In this document: positions 44,981-52,411 of the stretch, piece by piece
How positions within the stretch are numbered: the stretch's first letter is position 1
Layout: every line of letters begins with the position of its first letter
Source: Candidatus Poseidoniaceae archaeon
GTDB lineage: Archaea > Thermoplasmatota > Poseidoniia > Poseidoniales > Poseidoniaceae
DNA: 64,000 nucleotides
Assembly: GCA_964218365.1 (NCBI GenBank)
Contig: CAXPMI010000041.1
Coordinates: 1,825 to 65,824 of the forward strand
Reading direction: 5' to 3'
The notes under the pieces: generated by a model
Told to the model about the DNA's origin: nothing
Seen by the model: only the letters and a program-made list of their open reading frames with translations
The model's database searches: none
Position numbers and translations under genes: made by a program

Positions 44981-45319
44981 TCATGATTCATCCGACTCTC
45001 TGACTCCCTCTGGTCTCCAACCAGGTTTCCAGAAATTAAGGTCGTCTAACCACCTTGAAAATTCGTCATCTGTGCAGTTCAGTAGCCTGTATGCACGCAT
45101 GTTTAGCCCTTCGAGTAGTGAGTCCTCCATAACACCTTCACGGTTTGCATCAATCCATTCTCCAGCCATTTGCCGAATTTGCCTTCTTGCTTCCTCTGGA
45201 GCATCGAAATTTCTCTCACAGATTTCCTGCAAATCTGACAACCATGACCTAGTGTCTCTCCTAATTACGTCAGGGATAGGCCGAGACTGCTCCTTTTTCT
45301 TGAACGGCCACCAACCCAT
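44981..45319 (-). CDS. Hypothetical protein (112 aa)
   Basis: ORF at the head of a three-gene minus-strand string with short gaps (2 and 24 nt). No recognisable motif. Confidence 0.4.
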   Translation of the reverse strand: MGWWPFKKKEQSRPIPDVIRRDTRSWLSDLQEICERNFDAPEEARRQIRQMAGEWIDANREGVMEDSLLEGLNMRAYRLLNCTDDEFSRWLDDLNFWKPGWRPEGVRESDES

Positions 45320-45375
45320 GCTTGCCCCTTGAGTTCAATGTCAATAGTCTTGGGGTCGACCTGCGTGGGAAGAGC

Positions 45376-45789
45376 ATGGGCCGAGTTATTGTTCATCTAC
45401 ACGGAAATCCTTCTAACGCTCAAATGCGTAGTCTTATTGATGAATACTCGAGCAGAATTAGATCAAAAGTAAAAATCGAAATTCATAATTCTAAACTTTC
45501 AGATGAAGAGTACCTTGCAAAGCTACCCAACTCTGTAATCGTTTTAGACGAAGGCGGAGAAGAAATGACGTCCATTGAATTTTCAAAGAAATTTGAAAAT
45601 TGGATAATTTCTACAGAAGATGTCCATCTTGCAATTGGTCCGGCAGACGGCTTCCCAAAAGGGCACGGAAGACAATCCATATCATTATCCAAGATGACTT
45701 TCCCACATGAACTTGCTACGGTTTTATTGATTGAGCAGTTATACAGAGCACACGAAATATCACGAGGCAGTTCATATCACAAATCATGA
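45376..45789 (+). CDS. rlmH: 23S rRNA (pseudouridine-N3)-methyltransferase RlmH (SPOUT)
   Basis: Start trimmed to ATG 45376. VLDEGGEEMTSIEFS, HLAIGPADG and ISLSKMTFPHELATVLLIEQLYRAHEI closely follow the RlmH C-terminal knot motif. Confidence 0.8.
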   Translation: MGRVIVHLHGNPSNAQMRSLIDEYSSRIRSKVKIEIHNSKLSDEEYLAKLPNSVIVLDEGGEEMTSIEFSKKFENWIISTEDVHLAIGPADGFPKGHGRQSISLSKMTFPHELATVLLIEQLYRAHEISRGSSYHKS

Positions 45790-45825
45790 CAAAAGGTCAA
45801 GAATAGTAGGCCACACCGATTAATC

Positions 45826-46545
45826 ATGGAGAATTGGTGGTTTCTTCTATTAGAGTTCGCAGTTGCGATTACTCTGATTCTAATGAGTGGCCGCCAACCG
45901 TTTCCCGGTCCTTCCAAGCGATATGGTGTTACTCTGCTGATAATCGCCTTGTTACTACTGATTGGAGAGACTGGACCTCGCCCTACGGATGTACAAGTTC
46001 ATCTCTTTGTGATGTTAGTCTACGGTTCATTGGGTCTAGTAAGGGGGGTCCACAACATGCTAATCTCCAGAGATGAGGTAATTGTTGCACCATTCGCAGG
46101 TGTACTATTTTCTGTTTCGGCAACTGCAATGATGGCAGAGCAATGGGAATCTCTTTCAGCATTCGAAGAGTATGCTGCTTTCGCAACAATTGTAGTTATT
46201 GGGGGTTGCCAAACATGGTTGGTATTCCGTGGACTGCTGATTGGACGTCTACCACTCGCTTGGTCTAAAGCGGGTCTTGTAGCTCTTGAAAGAGGTCAAA
46301 TTTCAGGTCCGCATGGCGCAGTAGAATGCTTTGAGAAATCATGGGATTTGGAAGAAGAGCACCTTAATCCAATGGCTTGGTTGGCATTACACAGGATTCA
46401 CTCATTCTTAGAAAACTCTGAGGAATCAGAACATTGGGGAAAGAGGCTTGCTGAATCTGGTGGCGAAGATGCCGTTGCAATAGAATGGATTGAAGCAATC
46501 GAAAATGCACTATCAAAACTCTCTCCTGAATTGGAAGAAAAGTGA
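45826..46545 (+). CDS. Membrane protein with soluble helical C-terminal domain
   Basis: 239 aa. About 5 hydrophobic helices, then about 80 aa that are hydrophilic and helical. No family recognised. Confidence 0.5.
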   Translation: MENWWFLLLEFAVAITLILMSGRQPFPGPSKRYGVTLLIIALLLLIGETGPRPTDVQVHLFVMLVYGSLGLVRGVHNMLISRDEVIVAPFAGVLFSVSATAMMAEQWESLSAFEEYAAFATIVVIGGCQTWLVFRGLLIGRLPLAWSKAGLVALERGQISGPHGAVECFEKSWDLEEEHLNPMAWLALHRIHSFLENSEESEHWGKRLAESGGEDAVAIEWIEAIENALSKLSPELEEK

Positions 46546-46618
46546 TATTTCCAGTAAACAAACAATCTCTGAATCAAAACGGGGTTTCATTTAATAGGTT
46601 ACATGCATATGTAATACC

Positions 46619-46915
46619 ATGAGCGATAATATCGGAAGAGGAGACTGGGCTCTCTCGACCATGTGTTGGTACGCAGTATTCATTTGGTTTGGAGCCTCTT
46701 TGTTCTCTCAAAGCCTGTATATGGCATTCAACGGTTCCCCGTATGATGCTAACATGTTGCTAGATTCTGTAGGACCATTTGCTTGGGTTGTTATTGGAAT
46801 CGAGTTATTTGTATGGGTATTCTTGGCCTTAGCCCTAGGTGGAAAATTCGTAAATCGCTTCAGCGTTCCTACTCAAGAAATCGCTTCCCAAGAGAATGTT
46901 TCACCGCAGGCTTGA
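46619..46915 (+). CDS. Small two-TM membrane protein
   Basis: 98 aa. Helices MCWYAVFIWFGASLF and FAWVVIGIELFVWVFLALALGG. Confidence 0.45.
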   Translation: MSDNIGRGDWALSTMCWYAVFIWFGASLFSQSLYMAFNGSPYDANMLLDSVGPFAWVVIGIELFVWVFLALALGGKFVNRFSVPTQEIASQENVSPQA

Positions 46916-46927
46916 ATAAGCCTCAGT

Positions 46928-47425
46928 TTGAGTGAGCCGTTCGTGCAGAACGAATGGAATCCTCCACCACTTGCAGGACAACCAATGTCCATTACAGAAT
47001 TATTGGATGAGATGGCACTACTTGCTTTACCGGACGGATGTAAGGTTGTAACGATAGAGGAAGCAAGAGAACAGTTGCCAATGGCTGAGAAAGTGCTTAT
47101 CGCAATGCAATGCTTGCAGGACCAGGCACATGACCTCACAGAAGAGCTTGAGGCTCTTGTCGAACAACTACCGCCCCACCACGAGCATGTCGTTGAAGTG
47201 GCAGACCAATTGGGCAATCTCGTAAAAGAATGGCAATTCCTCGGCGACGCTCTTGAAGAAACAGGTGCTAGAATTGCAGGATTTGACCCCGGTTATCTAG
47301 AATGGCACGGCGTTGTTGACGGATACCTAGTCCTGTATTCTTGGTCTCAAGGCGAAGAAGATATCGAGTGGTGGCATCCGCTAGATACGGGTATTAACGG
47401 CCGCAGACCTCTTGTTGAAGCATGA
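46928..47425 (+). CDS. DUF2203-like protein
   Basis: C-terminal LVLYSWSQGEEDIEWWHPLDTGINGRRPL matches my memory of the DUF2203 motif (LCW..GE..I.WH....GF.GR.P). TTG start; internal ATG at 46985 is possible. Confidence 0.5.
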   Translation: MSEPFVQNEWNPPPLAGQPMSITELLDEMALLALPDGCKVVTIEEAREQLPMAEKVLIAMQCLQDQAHDLTEELEALVEQLPPHHEHVVEVADQLGNLVKEWQFLGDALEETGARIAGFDPGYLEWHGVVDGYLVLYSWSQGEEDIEWWHPLDTGINGRRPLVEA

Positions 47426-47437
47426 TGTCGGAGGGGC

Positions 47438-48097
47438 ATGGTCCGAATCACCAAGGTTCACACCGGCGGCGGAGACGGAGGCGAAACTTCGTTAGTGGAC
47501 GGTAGTAGAGTTTCAAAGAGTAATGCCCGTATAGAAATCGTAGGAACATGTGATGAGGTCAACGCTTTGCTAGGCATGATAATGATGGAAGTCAACAGAC
47601 TTCCAGATACCCATCCCGATGGTGGAACTCGAATTACAGTAAGGCGTGTAAAGGATGTCTGTGCATCCGCTTTAGGTAGAATGCAGAGCGAGTTGTTTGA
47701 CTTAGGAGCCGAATTAGCTTGCCCGCCCGACCAGATTCCAGAATACATGCAACTGATCGATCAACAAGATTCTGATAGATTATGTGAAGAGATGGATGCC
47801 TGGATTGAAGAATTAGATCCGTTGGAGAGTTTCATTCTTCCAACCGGCTCAGGACCAATCGCTGCAATGCATCTGGCTAGAACTGTTACAAGAAGACTGG
47901 AGAGGTCAATGGTTGCGATTAAGGAAGAGATGCGTCCGTTGTCACTTCAATATGTCAACAGATTGTCAGATTGGATATTCGTGCTTACAAGATGGACTTC
48001 AGCAAGGCTTGGTGAGGATGAAACCTTGTGGACTCCAAAGGGGAAGAGAGAGGCCGGTACAGCAGATATGACACGTCGCCAGAATGCTAACATTTAG
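47438..48097 (+). CDS. pduO: PduO-type ATP:cob(I)alamin adenosyltransferase
   Basis: N-terminal ITKVHTGGGDGGETSL..G.RVSK and GTCDEVNALLG motifs. GGAGGGG box upstream. 219 aa. Confidence 0.85.
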   Translation: MVRITKVHTGGGDGGETSLVDGSRVSKSNARIEIVGTCDEVNALLGMIMMEVNRLPDTHPDGGTRITVRRVKDVCASALGRMQSELFDLGAELACPPDQIPEYMQLIDQQDSDRLCEEMDAWIEELDPLESFILPTGSGPIAAMHLARTVTRRLERSMVAIKEEMRPLSLQYVNRLSDWIFVLTRWTSARLGEDETLWTPKGKREAGTADMTRRQNANI

Positions 48098-48168
48098 GCT
48101 GATTTCAGTAAGGCAGTAGCGATAACTTCAGACATAATTGCCAAGAAAAGGTAGACCCAATCGTTCAT
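48094..48168 (-). pseudogene. 24-codon relic of an SMR (EmrE/QacC-type) transporter N-terminus
   Basis: The minus strand reads ATG..TAA = MNDWVYLFLAIMSEVIATALLKSA*. This parallels TM1 of QacC/EmrE (YIYLIIAISTEVIGSAFLKSSEGF) including Glu at position 14. No continuation in any frame. The stop overlaps the pduO stop codon. Confidence 0.45.
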
Positions 48169-48208
48169 GAGTTTACGCCACAATTAAGAAATATGATCTT
48201 TGTTGAAA

Positions 48209-48700
48209 TCACGAAAGGTCATTCCAGTACAATTCAACCGTTGATTGATTTTTGATTCCTACCATTGTGTGTTTTATATTGCCATCGCTGTCGATAAAGA
48301 ACATAGTTGGTATTCCTGTCACTTCAAGTGAGGCAGCTAGGTCAGGCGCATGAATGAATGGGTGGTAGAGGGTTCTCTCTAACTCCGATTCCATGTTATC
48401 TTTCCACTCTTGCATGTCTTCTTCACTCGGGTCTTTGTTGAATATCAGAACTTGTCCTGAAGGGACAGTATCATCCAGAGCGCCTAATGCTGGTTTGCAA
48501 TGTGTGCACCATGTAGCGGAGAAGTATGCAACAAAGGGTTCTCCAACGTACATGCTGCTTTCTTGAACATTGTTACTCTCATCCACTAGGCTAAACGAAG
48601 GAAAGGGGACTGCATCATCTTCTTCAGATGAAACACATCCAGATAAAGCGGAACAGAACATAATCAACGTCAGAAATAAGCATTTTTTCATAATCATCAC
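48209..48700 (-). CDS. TlpA-like thioredoxin-fold lipoprotein
   Basis: Lipobox-like FCSALSGC. CxxC in SATWCTHCKP. Thioredoxin-fold tail GIPTMFFIDSDG. Confidence 0.7.
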   Translation of the reverse strand: MMIMKKCLFLTLIMFCSALSGCVSSEEDDAVPFPSFSLVDESNNVQESSMYVGEPFVAYFSATWCTHCKPALGALDDTVPSGQVLIFNKDPSEEDMQEWKDNMESELERTLYHPFIHAPDLAASLEVTGIPTMFFIDSDGNIKHTMVGIKNQSTVELYWNDLS

Positions 48701-48715
48701 ACCAATAGTCTTCCT

Positions 48716-49258
48716 TCACTTTATTTGTTTGTAAACTAGAGTAAGTATAGTTATTTCAGCGACTTTAGTCGTTATGCCCAAGTAGTCTTCCACTAGGTAG
48801 TGTAAATCATGGTTTGATACAAAGTATCCAATCAACATGATAGCAGCATTTAGGCATAGACCGATCTGGAATAATTTTTCATTTGTTTTTGCAAAGTTGA
48901 GGACTAAGGGCGCAAAACCTAGGCAAATAATGCCTATTCCACCAACCATGAAAATGATATCTCCTAATCCTAGCATGATATGGACCGCACCGGTATATAC
49001 AACAGCACTTAGCATGATTTTACTCAAGGTATTTAATTCCCATAACATAGGTGTCAAAAAGAACGCAACCACAGATAATCCTAGTGAGATTAGGGTGATT
49101 TGTAAATTGGACAAACCATCTGTTGGTTCACCTCCATGAGCTGCAGCATTCCCAAGAAACAATAATCCTGTAAAAACTGTAGCCAAGAAGTATGTTCTGT
49201 TCACGTGTGAGCGTTGTATAAGATTGGATATAAACTCTTGTAAATTGAATAAACTCAA
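48716..49258 (-). CDS. Membrane protein (about 5 TM)
   Basis: 180 aa. Hydrophobic helices throughout. AAAHGGEP after the first helix. 15-nt gap to the thioredoxin-like gene. Confidence 0.5.
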   Translation of the reverse strand: MSLFNLQEFISNLIQRSHVNRTYFLATVFTGLLFLGNAAAHGGEPTDGLSNLQITLISLGLSVVAFFLTPMLWELNTLSKIMLSAVVYTGAVHIMLGLGDIIFMVGGIGIICLGFAPLVLNFAKTNEKLFQIGLCLNAAIMLIGYFVSNHDLHYLVEDYLGITTKVAEITILTLVYKQIK

Positions 49259-49299
49259 TTCGCCTACTAATCAGTAACCAAGACAGTCTAGCTAGGATT

Positions 49300-49764
49300 C
49301 TAAAGCCTACCAATTGAATCCATGTGGTTCTTTGCTGCGGCTAATACTCCTTTGCTTTCATCATGAGTTAGTTGAGACATTGCGCTATCCCATTCAAGCC
49401 ATAGATGCTCCCTATGTTCATGACTTATGTCAACTGACATTGTTTCGGTTTCTGCAATATACCAGAAAACCTCTTTGTCGATTCTTTTCCCTTTGTGTCG
49501 GAAGTTGTACGCAGTTCTGTATTGGAAATCATCTACGAAGACTGCATCTGAAATTCCAGTTTCTTCCTTTAATTCTCTTTCTGCAGTGGCGCGTCTGTCA
49601 GCGTCACCTTCCTCTACGTGGCCCTTTGGGAAGTCCCAGTGTCCTTGTGGGTATTGCAAGAGTAGAATGGAACCGAAGTTCACCAAAACCACTCCACAAG
49701 AGGTCTCCATGAATACAGGGCACAATCCCCTATTCATAGCCTCATCGCTTTTATCCGACCCCAC
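49300..49764 (-). CDS. Nudix hydrolase (Ap4A-hydrolase-like)
   Basis: PKGHVEEGD...RELKEETGI Nudix box. By my count the spacer is one residue longer than the consensus. Confidence 0.8.
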   Translation of the reverse strand: MGSDKSDEAMNRGLCPVFMETSCGVVLVNFGSILLLQYPQGHWDFPKGHVEEGDADRRATAERELKEETGISDAVFVDDFQYRTAYNFRHKGKRIDKEVFWYIAETETMSVDISHEHREHLWLEWDSAMSQLTHDESKGVLAAAKNHMDSIGRL

Positions 49765-49797
49765 ATCTTCAAGACATGGACTCTCTCGGAGAATGTC

Positions 49798-50787
49798 ATG
49801 TCACCACTGGAGGGGATTGTGAGGGTCGTCGCAGATTCAGATTTGGATGGCTTAATGGCTGCAGCCGTATTGAAGGCGAGTAAGCCAGAAATTGAAGTTC
49901 ATTTTGCACATCCTGCCCTACTCAGGTCAGGTAATCTAGACCATCTAATCGACAGACAAACAGCGATTTGCGATTTACCATTTCACAAGGATTGTGGCCT
50001 ATACTTAGACCATCATCTGACAAACAGGCCAACGCATGAAGAAGAAGTTGAGTTCGAAAGTACTGGTGGAATTTGTCACTGGAGAGATACACCTTCAGCA
50101 GCAAGGGCGGCCTATGATTTGATGAAGGACGAGTTAGACTTGTCCCATTTAGAAGAAGTAATGCCTATTGTTGACGCATTGGATTCTGGAGGTATCTCTT
50201 TGGAGGAATTCATGAATGATGGTCCAATAATTCGATTGTCAAGGTCACTTTCGATGTCTGACCCCGAGCATATGCAGGAAGTGATGCAACAATTCGCTTC
50301 TGGAATGCACTTGGAAGACATTCTAGAATCTCACAAACCTCGCCTTAACGAGCTCAAGCAAGAAAGAGAAATCATGGCAGAGATAGTGCGCGAACATACC
50401 AAGATAATCGATGGATTAGCGATTTGTGATCTGAGTGAAACAGGACACCGCAGTAATGGGTATCTCGTAACTGCCTTAGCGGGTAGTGCTGCGATTGCTT
50501 GCTGTGTTATTCATGGATACATGGATGGTAGCATTGAGGATGTTAACCGTCCAGCATTGGGAGCATCATTCTATGCTAATTCATTCAGAGGAGAAGACAA
50601 TCCATACGACTTGTCTATTCTTGCAACTCTTCTAGATGAAACTGGAGGAGGCCATGCAAACGCTTGTGGTTGTAGAATACAACCTTCGGACGGTTCAAAG
50701 AGGAATTTAATCAAGGGCGATAAGGAATCAAACCTGGAAAATTGGATTGAAAAATGGTCAAAGCGCGATTCGGAAATGAAGCGATAA
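49798..50787 (+). CDS. DHH/DHHA1-family phosphoesterase
   Basis: DSDLDG, LDHH and GGGHANACG motifs. 329 aa. Confidence 0.7.
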   Translation: MSPLEGIVRVVADSDLDGLMAAAVLKASKPEIEVHFAHPALLRSGNLDHLIDRQTAICDLPFHKDCGLYLDHHLTNRPTHEEEVEFESTGGICHWRDTPSAARAAYDLMKDELDLSHLEEVMPIVDALDSGGISLEEFMNDGPIIRLSRSLSMSDPEHMQEVMQQFASGMHLEDILESHKPRLNELKQEREIMAEIVREHTKIIDGLAICDLSETGHRSNGYLVTALAGSAAIACCVIHGYMDGSIEDVNRPALGASFYANSFRGEDNPYDLSILATLLDETGGGHANACGCRIQPSDGSKRNLIKGDKESNLENWIEKWSKRDSEMKR

Positions 50788-52350
50788 TCAATTCTCATCG
50801 CTGAGAACATCATCATTTGGTAATTTCCACTTTACGATAATTGCAGCAATAATCGCAACACATGCTGCAACTAAGCAAGCAGCGATCATTCCCTCAAGGA
50901 ATGATTCCTTCGCACTCGCAATCAATTCTGCACCTTCCATATTTCCGTCAGCAATCATTTGTTTACCTACATTTATTGCGGACGGAAAAGAACTCTCAAT
51001 CGTGTCGGCCTGACCCAATGCTGAGTCAGGAATTTTGATAGAACTCTGGTAAATTTGGTTTAGAACACTTCCTCCAACAGCTATCCCTAGTGCACCACCA
51101 ACCTCTCTACTAGCATCATTTGTTGCACTTCCTACTCCTGCTTTTGATTCTGGAACTGAATCCATCACTGCGGTTGTAGAAGGTGCCATTGTTAGCCCCA
51201 TCCCTAATCCGATTAGCACAAAGGTTGCTGCAATATACCAATAACTCGTATCGATTTCAATCAAAGAAAACAATAGCAGGCCAGTAGCAATAAGTAGAAT
51301 TCCTGTTGAGATGACGTTTGGTCTACCAAACCTCTCGGCTAACTTGTCACTATTTGTTGCTGCAGGTAACAGTGCTACCGGTAATGGCAGGGCTTTCAAT
51401 GCAGCATTAAAAGGAGACATTTCTCTAACCAACTGGAAATGTAGCATTTGCATGAATATGAATGATAACATTACGAACATGGTGAATGAAATCGCTATTA
51501 ATCCGATGGTGAATCGTTCTACCCTGAAGAATTCCAGGGGTAAAAGGGGATGTTCGATTCTATTCTCCCAATAGAGGAAAACCGAACCAGATATTATTGC
51601 AAGGGATAGTGATACTAATACCTCGAAACTTGTCCATCCAAAGTTTGGACCTTCTATAATTGCATACAAAAAGCATCCCAAAGAAACCACAGAAAGAATA
51701 GCACCAAATATGTCTAGAGGTCTTCCGGTTTCGTCTTTTGATTTTGGGATGATGAAAAACCCTGAAATTAGTGCTATAATGATGAAAGGAACATTGATCA
51801 AAAACACCATCTGCCAATCATAATTTTCAACAGCCCATCCTCCAACTAAAATACCAATAGGGCCTCCTATTCCCGCCATTGCTGCCCAGATTCCAATTGC
51901 TTTACCTCTTTCATTTTCAGGGAAAACTACCAGCACTACTGAAAGCGTTGAAGGCATAACTAAAGCGGCACCTAAACCCATACCCGCTCTTGCAAAAATA
52001 ACCTGGCTCGAAGTTTCAGCAAAAAACGCTGTCCAAGCAGAAAATAATCCAATAATTACCAGGCCAGTATGAAGGGTTCCTTTTCTACCAAATCTATCAC
52101 CTAGGGCCCCCATCAAGAGCAACGTCCCTCCGAAAACAAGCACGTAGGAGTCCATAATCCATTGTAGTTCGGAGTTATCTGCATTGAGATCGGTTGACAA
52201 CTCAGGTAATGCAACATTCAATGTAAGGTTATTCAGCATTACAATAATCAAACCAAGGTTCAATATTGCAAGAATATACCATCTATTTTTTGGATATGAA
52301 ACAGATTCAGTTTGCATCATATCCATGCTCCTCCCCAATTTTGTTAGCAT
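50788..52350 (-). CDS. MFS transporter, DHA2-like (14 TM)
   Basis: 520 aa. Motif-A-like GALGDRFGRKG. Hydrophobic profile consistent with 14 helices. Confidence 0.8.
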   Translation of the reverse strand: MLTKLGRSMDMMQTESVSYPKNRWYILAILNLGLIIVMLNNLTLNVALPELSTDLNADNSELQWIMDSYVLVFGGTLLLMGALGDRFGRKGTLHTGLVIIGLFSAWTAFFAETSSQVIFARAGMGLGAALVMPSTLSVVLVVFPENERGKAIGIWAAMAGIGGPIGILVGGWAVENYDWQMVFLINVPFIIIALISGFFIIPKSKDETGRPLDIFGAILSVVSLGCFLYAIIEGPNFGWTSFEVLVSLSLAIISGSVFLYWENRIEHPLLPLEFFRVERFTIGLIAISFTMFVMLSFIFMQMLHFQLVREMSPFNAALKALPLPVALLPAATNSDKLAERFGRPNVISTGILLIATGLLLFSLIEIDTSYWYIAATFVLIGLGMGLTMAPSTTAVMDSVPESKAGVGSATNDASREVGGALGIAVGGSVLNQIYQSSIKIPDSALGQADTIESSFPSAINVGKQMIADGNMEGAELIASAKESFLEGMIAACLVAACVAIIAAIIVKWKLPNDDVLSDEN

Positions 52351-52411
52351 TTAATTATGATGCAAGGGAGCCCATACATCCCTTCATATACTATATTTTG
52401 AGCCACAGGAC

